The translations under genes were made by a program, and so were the position numbers. The notes under the pieces were generated by a model. It had not been told where the DNA came from. It searched no databases and worked only from the letters and a program-made list of their open reading frames with translations. A DNA stretch of 64,000 bases from Ranitomeya imitator. Taxonomy: Eukaryota. The DNA is taken from NCBI RefSeq assembly GCF_032444005.1, contig NC_091282.1:783060001-783124000 (forward strand), written 5' to 3'. Below are positions 12,601 through 26,260 of the stretch, one piece after another. The first letter of the stretch is position 1, and each line of letters begins with the position of its first letter.

Positions 12601-13574
12601 CCTGACATGAATATTGGATATTTTATCCTGCAATAATGTAATACAATCTCATATCGGCGGACACTGAGCTCGGACCCCAGACACGCGGAGCTCGGATCCT
12701 GGGCACACGGCGCAGACTCCGGACACACAGCGCGGACCCTGGGCACACGGCACGGACCCCGGGGAACAGATTCTGGGCACAGCAGCCTGATCTCGGGGGG
12801 GAGGGGAGGCTGGAGAATATGTAATAAGCCATCTTCATAGAATGGGACAAAGACCCTGCGGCCCCTCGCTCGCGGTGCGATTGTGTTATGTCACCAGCTG
12901 GTGGACCCCCGAGCAGCTGAGGGTGGGACGGAGGCACCATCTGATCACTGTCGGCCATTATTTTATACACTGCTTTCTCTGTGATTCGCCGCACGTTTAT
13001 TTATAAGTGAAACGTGTAGAATAATTGTTTCAACTGTAAAAATTCCGAGACTGAAAGCCGCCTGTTGGAAACGTACCGCGATCTCTGCTTCCCGTCATTG
13101 GATGGCAGCCCTCTTCAGAGGCTACACCACTGGATCTGAGTCGTGTTTCCACAGCTGCGGGCTTGTTACAATGTATTAGTATCGGTGAGAACCATCAGCC
13201 TGTCCCTGTTATATGAAGTTCTACGAGGATGTACATGGACCCTGTACCCTGGTGTCATATGGGGGATACAAAGGCACGAGGGGGCTCCTCCGTGTATGCT
13301 GGTAGAGGAGGCTATCTCTGTGTATTTGGCTCCTGATGAAACGTGCCAGAGTCCGGCACCCGCACATATACACTGTGACAAGCTCAGCAGCTGTGAGAAC
13401 TGGACCCTGCACCCTGACATCAGACTGACCCCAACGTGTGACAACTCATCTGAGAGGCAGAAATTAGCTCAGCTCAGTTGTCGCCTCCCTTCCCCCACTA
13501 CTTATTCGATTTGCCCAGCAGGGGGCGACAATGAGCTCTGGAGACAGCCCCTCCATTGGGGAGCTGGGTCTCAC

Positions 13575-13831
13575 CTGTTGCTGGGCTCTGGGGGTCGGTG
13601 AGAGGGTCTGACAGCCCAGCTTGGAGCAGCAGGGGTCTCGGCACTGACGCTGCTGCACGGACGTTGCTTTTGGTGGTGCTGGCCGGTCATCTGGTCGGTA
13701 TCGCTGTCTGCCAGACTCTGCTCGATGGCCATCTGGATCAGCTCTTCTTCACTCAGGCTGCTGTACAGGCTGTATTCCTCCGAGCCCAAGGTGCGCTGCG
13801 CCGGCCTCGAAGGGGAAACCTGCGTCGCCAT
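13575..13831 (-). CDS. ASB2: ASB2 long (beta) isoform first coding exon with UIM
   Basis: MATQVSPSRPAQRTLGSEEYSLYSSLSEEELIQMAIEQSL matches human MATQ...EEYSLYSSLSEDELVQMAIEQSL. Acceptor ttcttag lies 2 nt upstream of the ATG; donor is AG|gtgag. Confidence 0.95.
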
Positions 13832-14889
13832 ATCTAAGAAAAAAAAAAGCGAGAGACAGGAAAATACATTCTCACACCATAAACTGTGTATTCAGGTAGT
13901 TGCATCATAAAGCAAGAAGGAGAGCTCATAATTGGGTGAGCAATGTCTAAGTGCAGGACTGGGCTTATCAGGAGAACTATTCTGGTAGGAGGTCACTGAC
14001 TGAACGTTTCATGGTAGGTGCAGCAAGGTCTCAGCAGCACAGAGTATTTCAGGAGACCATTGTGCTTCTTGTAGAGGTCGGTGGTCTATCCTCTCATGTG
14101 ATCTCGTTAGTGGGGTAAAGCCTGCCCATGATGCAAGTAACAGTCACTGTTTGATGCGGTACTGATCATCGGTGACTATTACTGTCAGTCATGCGTAGGG
14201 AACCATCCAAGCAGAGGAACATGGAGAATCATAATGTTATAATCCCCAATGTTAGAAGCCCTCGCCCCAGAGGACAGGAGATGTCACTCATTGCTGCCTC
14301 CCATGCAGGCATGGCCCCTGTGCAGTCTAATAACGCCCCTGTGACAGGAGCCACCTGCTGTTTTGGAGGTGGAAATGCTCCGGTTGCAATAATGTTTTGT
14401 CCGCCCTGCACACATGCAGCGTCAGATCCTCTGTATGTGAAGTGTAGTGACAGGACAGTCACCAGGGGGCGCTGTGGGACATCTCCACTAAACCTCCAAA
14501 ACAAGACTTGGAAACAACATGAACTGGAAAAAGAAATGTTCCAAAAACTTCACAAAACTGTACAGAATACATATGGCTGAAGTGCTAGTGATGTCACTTG
14601 GCATGTATATGATGTCATCACGTGTTATAAGACTATGGCCACAGGTGGACTGAAGTGTGAGGCTATTAATGTGAGCACTCTGGTAGGAGGGAGCACTCCT
14701 GGGTGCATTCTGGGTGCTACTAAAAATGGGGCACTCCGTACAAAATAGCAACCTATGCATATTTTAACCAGATTATGGGGGCATCCTGGCTGGTACTAGA
14801 TCCCTCGCACTCTAGTTTGGCACACTATGGCATTGCTGTTTTCATGGCTATTCTGACTAACACTATTAACAAAGAATGGCATTACTCAA

Positions 14890-15735
14890 GTCACTCTGGC
14901 TCACACTTTTCCCGGTCACTCTAGCTGCCACTTTTCCCGGTCACTCTAGCTGCCACTTTTCCCGGACACTCTAGCTGCCACTTTTCCCGGACACTCTAGC
15001 TGCCACTTTTCCCGGACACTCTAGCTGCCACTTTTCCCGGACACTCAAGCTGCCACTTTTCCCGGACACTCAAGCTGCCACTTTTCCCGGACACTCTAGC
15101 TGCCACTTTTCCCGGTCACTCTAGCTGCCACTTTTCCCGGACACTCTAGCTGCCACTTTTCCTGGACACTCTAGCTGCCACTTTTCCCGGACACTCTAGC
15201 TGCCACTTTTCCCAGTCACTCTAGCTGCCACTTTTCCCAGTCACTCTAGCTGCCACTTTTCCCAGTCACTCTAGCTGGCACTTTTCCCGGTCACTCTAGC
15301 TGCCACTTTTCCCGGTCACTCTAGCTGCCACTTTTCCCGGACACTCTAGCTGCCACTTTTCCTGGACACTCTAGCTGCCACTTTTCCCGGACACTCTAGC
15401 TGCCACTTTTCCCAGTCACTCTAGCTGCCACTTTTCCCAGTCACTCTAGCTGCCACTTTTCCCAGTCACTCTAGCTGGCACTTTTCCCGGTCACTCTAGC
15501 TGGCACTTTTCCCATTCACTCTAGCTGCCACTTTTCCAGGGCACTCTAGCTGGCACTATTCCCATTCACTCAAGCTGGCACTTTTCCCGGTCACTCTAGC
15601 TGCCACTTTTCCCTGTCACTCTAGCTGGCACTTTTCCAGGGCACTCAAGGTAGCCCTTTTCCTGGACACTCTAGCTGGCACTTTTCCTGGGCACTCTAGG
15701 TGGCACTTTTCCAGAGCACTCTAGCTGCCATTTTT
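14890..15735. repeat. 25-bp VNTR (cttttcccggtcactctagctgcca), about 33 units
   Basis: Regular 25-bp period. Confidence 0.96.
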
Positions 15736-18164
15736 CATGGGAGCATCCTGGCTATTATTACGCATGGCAGACTCTAGAGAATATTATCTTTTGGCTGGTG
15801 GCACTGATCATGGGCTTCTAGCAGCCAATTATAGGGGCATTCTGACCTGCAATACATATAGGGGCACTTTAGCACCTAACTATGGGGCACTATTGCTTGC
15901 ACAAATAATGAGGGCATTAAGTCTGGCATTATACTTGGAGTCATGATAGCTGGCACTGTAACTGAGGGCACTGGTTGGCATTAGTTATAAGGGTTCTATT
16001 ATGGGGTCACAACAACTGACGGACAATTCAATCACTTATTCAGTCCCGCTAATTCACCCTCCATCACACAATTCTGGTGAATCACCACTTGCTGGCGCTA
16101 AGGATGCAGAATGTCCATTTGCAGGTGCCAGTTCCTACCATTGATGATCTGGCACAGTAATCTGCTTCTGGAGCTTTGCAGAGGTCAGATAATTTTATAT
16201 CCCAGCATCATGGTTTCCAATGTGCGGCTCTCTCCACATAAACAACCCCCCCCCCCCATCCCATCTGTTTCACAGGACGCCCCTATCAATCATGTATCAG
16301 CCTGTCATCTGGAGGAAACACTTGTCAAGTATCAGCACATTAATCCGAACCCGGCATAACATAAGCATCGCCTGCTGATCTTCACCTCATCATGCCAAAA
16401 TCTACACACGTACAGCACTACAATGGCATATGTGTATATGTTGTAACACTGTAGGTAAAGCAATTGTGCACCCCCCCACATATTGGAAAATGGGGTACAC
16501 TCTCCTTCCCAAACCTTGCGCTTATATGGGCTGTTATCCAGCCTACCTTTTCTGGAGTAGCAAAGCAATCAGTTCTGTAGATCCAGCTTTATGTTCATCA
16601 ACCAGGTAGCTCAGGATGAGTAAAGCGATAAGTCTTCCCTAAATGGAAGATTACTGCAGTGCATGGGACTTTGGGAACACTGATGATTATGTTGCGACTT
16701 TGCATAAATTGACACCACTGTGCAGAGAAATTAATATCAATTATACCCTTTAAATGAAGGCTATACAATTCACATATGTTTTATAAAGCCACTAATTGCT
16801 CAGAAATATGCAAAATAACAGCGAGCACCCACAATTATCAATGGGAAGTGGACTTCTGCGTTGTCATAGGTTTCAGGATTGATACATTGTATTAGTAAAT
16901 ACCACATTGTTGTTATGTTACCTGTTACATGTGGTAGATATGTTACAATGTTTCAATATTCATCCATGCATTACCTTAATATGCTGAAAATACACAAGAG
17001 GAATATGGGGTTCACAAACGTCCCGTGCAGTGCACCCCTCCAGGTCCCTCTGCTGCAGGTCTTCTGTGTGAACCTGTGTCTGGAAGTTTCAGTGTATTTC
17101 TGGAGCAGCACATGATCAGAAGTGACAAGCCAAAGAGTTACTCAGCCCCTATCTCAGGTTTCCAGAGGGGCGATTACAGGACCCATCTCCCCTTGTTACA
17201 TCAGTCTGCAGAGTGGAGCCCTGGGCATGAGCTCCCCAGACTGGCACAGGGGCTAAACCTGCAATTGCATCACTGTGTGTCTGCCCTGAGAAAGAGCCCA
17301 TATATGGAGACGTTACTGGGAGAGAAGAACTAATAACTCGGTGTATTCCCCAAATCCTGGAACCTGGGGGAGAGGTCATCACCGAAAACACAAATCTGAG
17401 AGAACTTCACCCCTTACCTAATGATAGAAACATCACTGGAAACAAGAAATCAGCACACAAGATCAGAGAAGGAAACTACAATGCAACTGCCCCCATGTAA
17501 TCCCCAGGTCACAGGTTTATCAGCCAGCAGTAAAGGTCTCAGCCCCATCCAAAAGGAGCAGTATTGTAGTAGTTTTATTCTTGTACATAGGGGGCAGTAT
17601 AATAGACTAGTAGTTATATTCTTGTACATAGGAGCAGTATAATAGCAGTTATATACTTGAACGTAGGGGGCAGTATTATAGTAGTTATATTCTTGTACAT
17701 AGGGGCAGTATTATAGTAGATATATTCTTGTACATAGGAGCAGTATTATAGTAGTTATATTCTTGTACATAGGGGGCAGTATTATAGACTAGTAGTTATA
17801 TTCTTGTATATAGGGGCAGTATTATAGTAATTATATTCTTGTACATAGGGGGCAGTATTATAGACTGGTAGTTATATTCTTGTATATAGGGGCAGTATAA
17901 TAGCAGTCATATACTTGAACATAGGGGGCGGTATTATAGTAGTTATATTCTTGTACATGGGGCAGTATTATAGTAGTTAGATTATTGTACATAGGGGCAG
18001 TATTATAGTAGTTATATTCCTGTACATAGGAGCAATATTATAGTAGTTATATTCTTGTATATAGGAGCAGTATTATAGTAGATATATTCTTGTACATAGG
18101 GGCAGTATTATAGTAGTTATATTCTTGTACATAGGAGCAGTATTATAGTAGTTATATTCTTGTA

Positions 18165-19743
18165 CAGTGGGGCCAAAAAGTATTTAGTCAGTCAGCAATA
18201 GTGCAAGTTCCACCACTTAAAAAGATGAGAGGCGTCTGTAATTTACATCATAGGTAGACCTCAAATATGGGAAACAAACTGAGAAAAAAAAAATCCAGAA
18301 AATCACATTGTCTGTTTTTTTATCATTTTTTTTGCATATTATGGTGGAAATAAGATTTCTGGCTCTCACAGACCTGTAACTTCTTCTTTAAGAGTCTCCT
18401 CTTTCCTCCACTCATTACCTGTAGTAATGGCACCTGTTTAAACTTGTTATCAGTATAAAAAGACACCTGTGCACACCCTCAAACAGTCTGACTCCAAACT
18501 CCACTATGGTGAAGACCAAAGAGCTGTCAAAGGACACCAGAAACAAAATTGTAGCCCTGCACCAGGCTGGGAAGACTGAATCTGCAATAGCCAACCAGCT
18601 TGGAGTGAAGAAATCAACAGTGGGAGCAATAATTAGAAAATGGAAGACATACAAGACCACTGATAATCTCCCTCGATCTGGGGCTCCACGCAAAATCCCA
18701 CCCCGTGGGGTCAGAATGATCACAAGAACGGTGAGCAAAAATCCCAGAACCACGCGGGGGGACCTAGTGAATGGACTGCAGAGAGCTGGGACCAATGTAA
18801 CAAGGCCTACCATAAGTAACACACTACGCCGCCATGGACTCAGATCCTGCAGTGCCAGACGTGTCCCACTGCTTAAGCCAGTACATGTCCAGGCCCATCT
18901 GAAGTTTGCTAGAGAGCATTTGGATGATCCAGAGGAGTTTTGGGAGAATGTCCTATGGTCTGATGAAACCAAACTGGAACTGTTTGGTAGAAACACAACT
19001 TGTCGTGTTTGGAGGAAAAAGAATACTGAGTTGCATCCATCAAACACCATACCTACTGTAAAGCATGGTGGTGGAAACATCATGCTTTGGGGCTGTTTCT
19101 CTGCAAAGGGGCCAGGACGACTGATCAGGGTACATGAAAGAATGAATGGGGCCATGTATTGTGAGATTTTGAGTGCAAACCTCCTTCAATCAGCAAGGGC
19201 ATTGAAGATGAAACGTGGCTGGGTCTTTCAACATGACAATGATCCAAAGCACACTGCCAGGGCAACGAAGGAGTGGCTTCGTAAGAAGCATTTCAAGGTC
19301 CTGGAGTGGCCTAGCCAGTCTCCAGATCTCAACCCTATAGAAAACCTTTGGAGGGAGTTGAAAGTCCGTGTTGCCAAGCGAAAAGCCAAAAACATCACTG
19401 CTCTAGAGGAGATCTGCATGGAGGAATGGGCCAACATACCAACAACAGTGTGTGGCAACCTTGTGAAGACTTACAGAAATCGTTTGACCTCTGTCATTGC
19501 CAACAAAGGATATATTACAAAGTATTGAGATGAAATTTTGTTTCTGACCAAATACTTATTTTCCACCATAATATGCAAAAAAAATGATAAAAAACAGACA
19601 ATGTGATTTTCTGGATTTTTTTTTCTCAGTTTGTCTCCCATAGTTGAGGTCTACCTATGATGTAAATTACAGACGCCTCTCATCTTTTTAAGTGGTGGAA
19701 CTTGCACTATTGCTGACTGACTAAATACTTTTTTGCCCCACTG
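18165..19743 (+). mobile_element. Tc1 transposon family A, full length, IR/DR-type TIRs
   Basis: TA|cagtggggc...gccccactg|TA with ~200-bp TIRs; the inner end of the left TIR is deleted. Confidence 0.97.
18506..19528 (+). CDS. Tc1 transposase, DD34E, intact 340 aa
   Basis: ATG start, paired-like HTH N-terminus, and WSDETK / HDNDPKH / NPIENLW with 34 residues between the second D and the E. Confidence 0.95.
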   Translation: MVKTKELSKDTRNKIVALHQAGKTESAIANQLGVKKSTVGAIIRKWKTYKTTDNLPRSGAPRKIPPRGVRMITRTVSKNPRTTRGDLVNGLQRAGTNVTRPTISNTLRRHGLRSCSARRVPLLKPVHVQAHLKFAREHLDDPEEFWENVLWSDETKLELFGRNTTCRVWRKKNTELHPSNTIPTVKHGGGNIMLWGCFSAKGPGRLIRVHERMNGAMYCEILSANLLQSARALKMKRGWVFQHDNDPKHTARATKEWLRKKHFKVLEWPSQSPDLNPIENLWRELKVRVAKRKAKNITALEEICMEEWANIPTTVCGNLVKTYRNRLTSVIANKGYITKY

Positions 19744-20729
19744 TATATAGGGGCAGTATTATAGTAGTTATATTCTTGTACATAGGGGGCAGTATTATAG
19801 ACTAGTAGTTATATTCTTGTACATAGGAGCAGTGTAATAGCAGTTATATACTTGAACGTAGGGGGCGGTATTATAGTAGTTATATTCTTGTACATGGGGC
19901 AGTATTATAGTAGTTAGATTCTTGTACATAGGGGGCAGTATTATGGTAGTTATATTCTTGTACATAGGGGGCAGTATTATAGTAGTTACATTCTTGTACA
20001 TAGGGGCAGTATTATAGTAGTTATATACTTGTACATAGGGGCAGTATTATAGTAGTTATATTCTTGTACATAGGGGCAGTATTATAGTAGTTATATTCTT
20101 GTACATAGGGGGCAGTATTATGGTAGTTATATTCTTGTACATAGGGGGCAGTATTATAGTAGTTATACTCTTGTACATAGGGGCAGTATTATAGTAGTTA
20201 TATTCTTGTACATAGGGGGCAGTATTATGGTAGTTATATTCTTGTACATAGGGGCAGTATTATAGTAGTTATATTCTTGTACATAGGGGCAGTATTATAG
20301 TAGTTATATTCTTGTACATAGGGGCAGTATTATAGTAGTTATATTCTTGTACATAGGGGGCAGTATTATAGTAGTTATATTCTTGTCCATAGGGGCAGTA
20401 TTATAGTAGTTATATTCTTGTACATAAGGGGCAATATTTTTGTAGTTTTTTTCTCCTATTTTACAACACCAATGACTGCTGAAAGTTATTCTCTACCAGT
20501 GACAATATCTATTGTTTGAAGAACCTGATTCCTCTGTGGACAGATGATCTACAGCAGCTGCTCTCAGCGACACAATGGGCTAATGTCGGAAACACCACGC
20601 ATTGTCTAAGCAATGTAACCAAATATAACAGAAGAATGGTGGGATATGTAGTGGATGGAAATGGTAGGACATCCAGTGTCCTTGTAGAGAAAGTTATGGT
20701 GAAGGACAGTTGTGTATAATAACAGCAAC

Positions 20730-20738
20730 TAGATAGAC

Positions 20739-20769
<31 letters not shown>

Positions 20770-20859
20770 CAGATAGATAGATAATACATAGATACATAGA
20801 AAAATACATAGATAGAAGATAGATAGATACATAGATGATTGATAGATAGATAGATAGAC

Positions 20860-20890
<31 letters not shown>

Positions 20891-20908
20891 CAGATAGATA
20901 GATAGATC
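20730..20908. repeat. (GATA)n microsatellite
   Basis: agat/agac tetramer runs. Confidence 0.95.
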
Positions 20909-21736
20909 ATACCTTAGAAACAGATACATTCTATAACATATTGCACAGTAACTATTAAATGTTAATTTGGTCTTTGTGGATTTTTTTTTTACTCATCAAT
21001 AAAGGTTGATTTAGTCAGGATCAGGATTTGCTGAGGCTCCTTCTAGAACACGGTGTTGTAAGGACTTTCATCCTTAATGCTATAATCTAGAACTGCAGGT
21101 CAAGGTCACCGCTGAGCAATGCATTTCTATACATAATGGCAGGGACTTTAAAAAATAATTTACTTTCTGCACAATCCACCAGCACCATGGCTTTAAAATG
21201 CTTGAAGCCAAGGCCATGGATGCCATCTTTGAGGCCCTCAGGTTAAATCTGTTTCTTGTCTTGTACAGGTTAGATACTGCTGTGCTTCAGACCTCAAGAC
21301 CTCTGCCAAATAAGAAGACACAAGTGTTACAAATTGCTCAGGGACATAGCATGTGGGGGGTCTTTTAAAACTTTTGCATTGGGGCACAAGAAATTCTAGA
21401 TCTACCTGTGAAGGTGGCAGGGCCATATTACTCTGTGTCTGGATTATACCATCACCTGTCTGAATTAGCAAACATTTGTGTAAGTGCTATGAATCTAAGC
21501 AGAGCAGAAACAGTGGGACAGGAACACAAACCAGTAGTGGCAAATGGGCACAGATGGGGGTGCATTATACTATGGGGGTGCATTATAATACCATGGAGTG
21601 CATTATACTACTATAGAGGTGCAGTACATGCATTATACTGCTATATATGACTATGGGGTGCATTATACTGCTAAGGGGTGAATTATACTACTATGGGGGT
21701 GCATTATACTGCTATATATATATACAGATATATACA

Positions 21737-21781
<45 letters not shown>

Positions 21782-21782
<1 letters not shown>

Positions 21783-21998
21783 AGTACAGACCAAAAGTTT
21801 GGACACACCTTCTCATTTAAAGATTTTTCTGTATTTTCATGACTATGAAAATTGTACATTCACACTCAAGGCATCACAACTATGAATTAACACATGTGAA
21901 TTATATACTTAATAAAAAAGTGTGAAACAACTGAAATTATGTCTTATATTCTAGGTTCTTCAAAGTAGCCACCTTTTGCTTTGATGACTGCTTTGCAC
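21782..21998. mobile_element. Tc1 family B solo TIR fragment
   Basis: TA|cagtacagaccaaaagtttggacacac..., homologous to the ends of 39899-41489. Confidence 0.85.
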
Positions 21999-22049
21999 TA
22001 TGCACTATGAAGTGCATTATACTACTATGGATAATTATGGGGTGCATTA

Positions 22050-22403
22050 TCTATCTATATATATAATTGTCTAAGGGTTTTTCCGTCTGTCTGTCTGTCT
22101 GTCCTGGAAATCCCGCGTCTCTGATTGGTCGAGGCCGCCAGGCCTCGACCAATCAGCAACGGGCACAGCGACGATGATGTCATAAAGGACGTAGACATCT
22201 CACGTTTCTGATTCAGCGACGGGCACAGTATCGATGTAGATGTCATAATGGTTGCCATGGCGACGATGATGTCATAAAGGTTGCCTCGACCAATCAGCGA
22301 CGGGCACAGTCTGCCGCAAATTCTGGAATCATCATTGTCCATATACTACGGGGACATGCATATTCTAGAATACCCGATGCGCTAGAATCGGGCCACAATC
22401 TAG
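22050..22403 (+). mobile_element. Non-autonomous Helitron
   Basis: 5' TC, 3' CTAG, subterminal hairpin cccgat..atcggg, inserted at A|T with no TSD. Confidence 0.85.
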
Positions 22404-22959
22404 TACTACTATATACGACTATGGGGTGCATGATACTTTTATATATGGCTATGGGGTGCATTCCACTACTATATATGACTATGGGTTGTATTATACTACT
22501 ATATATAACTATAGGGTTGTATTATACTGCTATATATAACTATGGGAGTGCTTATACTACTATAGATGACAATGGGGTGCATTATACTACTATGGATGTA
22601 TAGGGTGAATTATATATTACTATATATGACTATAGGGTGCATTATACTACTATAAAGAATGGGAGGTCACGTGGGAGCAGGATGTAGGACATTATTACAG
22701 TAGGGGCTAATTATAGGATATTATTTTTGAGGATACTGTTTTTAGTGTGGGGAAGGATAGGTCCCGTTACTGTGCAGGGCAACAAATTGGAAAAAAATTG
22801 GGGAATGTGATATTTTATTACTGTGTTTTACTGTATATACTGTGATAACTGTTATTTTTGGCAGAGACGAGACCTTGCTGGAAGAAGTGATGGCGGTCTC
22901 TGCTGGATGAAGCCAAAGGACTTCAACTAGAGACATCACCGGTGAGTCAGTGTGTTACC

Positions 22960-23990
22960 TGTACACTGACGCTAAACACTGTATACTATATACAGAGGTC
23001 CTGTGTATAATCTCACTGGTGATCCCTGTATTACCTGTACACTGACACTATATACAGAGCTCCTGTGTTTAATGTCACTGTGATCCCTGTATTACCTGTA
23101 CACTGACACTATACACAGAGCTCCTGTTTATAATATCACTGATGAGCACTGTATTACCTGTACAGATACTATATGCAGAGCTCCTGTGTGTAATCTCACT
23201 GGTGATCCCTGTATTACCTGTACACTGACACTATATACAGAGCTCCAGTGTTTAATGTCACTGTGATCCCTGTATTACCTGTACACTGACACTATACTCA
23301 GAGCTCCTGTTTATAATATCACTGATGAGCACTGTATTACCTGTACAGATACTATATGCAGAGCTCCTGTGTATAATGTCACTGGTGATCCCTGTATTAC
23401 CTGTACACTGACACTATATACAGAGCTCCTATGTAAAATGTCACTGGTGATAACTGTATTACCTGTACACTGACACTATATATAGAGCTCCTGTGTAAAA
23501 TTTCACTGGATATCACTGTATTACCTGTACACTGACTTTATACACAGAGCTCTTGTGTATAATGTCACCGGCGATCACTGTATTACTTGTGCACTGACAC
23601 TATATACAGAGCTCCTATGTATAATATCACTGGTGATCACTGTATTACCTGTACATTGACACCATATACAGAGCTCCTGTGTATAATGTCACTAGTGATC
23701 ACTATATTATCTGTACACTGACACTATATGCAGAGCTCCTGTGCATAATGTTGCTGGCGATCCCTGTATTACCTGTACACTTAACATTATATACAGAGGT
23801 CCTGTGTATGTCACTGGTGATCACTGTATTACCTGTACACTGACACTATATATAGAAATCCTGTGTGTAATGCCACTGTTGATCACTGTATATTACCTGT
23901 ACACTGATACTATATGCAGAGCTCCTGTGTAAAATGTTACTAGTAATCACTGTATTACTTGAAGACTGACACTATACACTGCGTACTATA
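22960..23990. repeat. ~62-bp minisatellite (cactggtgatcactgtattacctgtacactgacactatatacagagctcctgtgtataatgt)
   Basis: About 16 tandem units. Confidence 0.9.
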
Positions 23991-24154
23991 TACAAAGCTA
24001 CTGTGTATAATGGCACTTATGGTAAAATTAGCATTGTGGGTTTTTTTATTAATGATCAGCACTGTAGTATTCAATCACTATGTGGTTTGGTCATGGTGTG
24101 GCGGTATTTGTTTCTTGTATGTGGTATTATTGGGTCACTATGTGCAATCTATTA

Positions 24155-24560
24155 GGGTATGTGCACACGTTGCGGATTCTCTGTGGAACCGCAGCGTTTT
24201 TTGAGATGCAGAAACGCTGAAGATGCGCAATTGATTTACAGTACAATGAAAATCAATTAGAAAAAAAAATGCTGTGCACACTTTGCGGAAAATCTGCTGC
24301 GGAAACGCTGCGGTTTAAAAGAAGTAGCATGTCACTTCTTTTTTGTGAATCTGCAGCGTTTTTGTACCCATTCCATTATAGAAAACCGCAGGGGTAAAAA
24401 AAACCGCAGCAAATCCGCAATAAAACCGCAGCAAAAACGCACAAAAAACGCTGCGGAACCACACAAAAAAGCGACAAATCCGAAGGTGCGTTTTCTGCCA
24501 GGAGAGGCAGAGTCCGCACCAGAAATTCCTAAGTCTAATCCGCAACGTATGCACATAGCC
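24155..24560. mobile_element. PIF/Harbinger-type MITE
   Basis: tta|gggtatgtgcacacgttgcgg ... ccgcaacgtatgcacatagcc|taa; related to 55109-55407. Confidence 0.8.
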
Positions 24561-24563
24561 TAA

Positions 24564-25255
24564 AGGACAAAGCAAAAAGTGGTACAGAAAAGGCTTGTAA
24601 AACAGTATAAACCACTTTAAACTAGCAATAAATTATTATGAATTTAGCTATAATGAATACCAGAAAAACCTATTCACAAAAATATATACCCAAATATAGT
24701 AAATAATTATAAATCTTTATTAAACAAAATTAAAGAGACTCTAAAAGATTTTTTCCATAGGCACTAGGGCGACAAAACAGTAAGAAGAGATGAATATGCT
24801 AACATAAAAAGAGACAACACATCAGGTAAATATAAGAGCAGTACATGAGAAAATAATTATCTATATATTAATTGAAAGACCTGATGTGTCAACATCTACA
24901 GATCAGTCAACAGGCTGAATGTGTGAAGCATACAATGAAGCAATGCGATAAGATATAATTAGACCATGTAAATACCTGTGGTCATCTCCTCCTGCTGGAC
25001 TGGCGCCAGATCCCAGCACGTGTTTCGGCACATAGCCTTCATCAGGGGGTGTGGCATCAGACCAGCAGGAGGCACTCTAAATACTGCCCCTAACCAATAA
25101 AGAAGTGCAACATGTCAAAATGTATAGAGGTCATATGGGGCACATGTGACTGGTCAGCATTGCACAAGATCGACCCCCCACCACGTCATCCGAGCTGGTC
25201 AGACCAAGTGACGCGAGCGTGACCGCGACCATGTGACTAGCACATGATCGCGGTC
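24564..25255 (-). mobile_element. Probable Penelope-like terminal fragment
   Basis: AT-rich block with a minus-strand AATAAA and a hammerhead-like core at 25012-25049. Confidence 0.45.
25012..25049 (-). ncRNA. Hammerhead-like motif, damaged cleavage site
   Basis: Minus strand reads CCCC-CTGATGA-AGGC TATGT GCC-GAAAC ACGTG CTGGG: intact core and stem II, but no valid NUH triplet. Confidence 0.5.
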
Positions 25256-25269
25256 TGGTCTGGTTGTTT

Positions 25270-25710
25270 CTTATATGTGGTATTATTTAGTCACTATGTA
25301 GTGTTAATATATGGTCCAGCCATGGTGTGTTGGTATTTGTACTTGTATGTGGCATTACTATGTGGTGGTTATATGTAGTCTGGTCATAGTGTGGTGGTAA
25401 TTGTTCCTTGTATGTGGTATTATCCGGTCACTATGTGGTGGTAATATGTGGTCAGGTCGCCGTGTGGCGGTATTTGTCTCTTGTATGTGGTAATATTTGG
25501 TCACTATGTGGTGGTAATATATGGTCCGACCATGGTGTGGTGGTATTTGTACCTTATATGTGGTAGTATTCAGTCCCTATGTGGTGGTAATATGTGGTCT
25601 GGTCATAGTATGGCGGTATTTGTTTCTTGTATGTGGTATTATCTGGTCACTTTGTGGTGGTAATACGTGGTCTGGTCGTGGTGTGACACTATTTGTTCCT
25701 TGTATGTGAT
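25270..25710. repeat. ~60-bp degenerate GT-rich minisatellite (also at 24060-24150)
   Basis: Recurrent ggtcactatgtggtggtaatatgtggtc units. Confidence 0.75.
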
Positions 25711-25777
25711 ATCATTGAGAATTTAAAAAAATGTATGTTACTTATTACCTTAAAGAAACAAATAAAAATATACCTGA

Positions 25778-26102
25778 GGCTATGTGCATACGTCAGGATT
25801 TTCTGCAGAATTTTCCTGAACAAAACCGGACTTTTTTCTGCAGGAAATTCGCATGCATTTTTTTCGCGGAGCTTTCCCAATGCAATTAAATAGCGGTAAA
25901 AACTCAAAAAATCCGCAAAATTAATGAACATGCTGTGTTTTTTTACTGCGATGCGTTTTTTTGCAGAAAAAAACGCAACATATGCACAAAACATGTGGAA
26001 TGCATTAAAATGATGAGATGCATATGCTTGTGTTTTTTAAGCGTTTTTATTGTGTTTTTATAGCGAAAAAACGCGAAAAATCCTGAACATGTGCACACAG
26101 AC
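25778..26102. mobile_element. PIF/Harbinger-type MITE
   Basis: ggctatgtgcatacgtcaggatttt ... aaaatcctgaacatgtgcacacagac, flanked by tga/taa. Confidence 0.7.
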
Positions 26103-26260
26103 TAAAAAGAGAATTGGATATTTTAAGAAATGTTTAATAGGATACAGTAGAGTAGAGCCCAGCCAAAAAAGTCTACCATGTCGTGGTGGCAGCTTAAAAA
26201 ATCTTTTAGCCAAAACAAAAGCTGAAGGCCTTGTATGTGATCTGGTGATGGGAATTGTTA

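Larger units (their letters stand above)
17600..20430. repeat. ~35-bp satellite (gtagttatattcttgtacataggggcagtattata), split by a Tc1 insertion
   Basis: Same unit on both sides of 18165-19743. Confidence 0.95.
21560..22660. repeat. Degenerate minisatellite (ggggtgcattatactactata) hosting (TA)n, a Tc1 end and a Helitron
   Basis: Unit recurs on both sides of the insertions. Confidence 0.8.
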
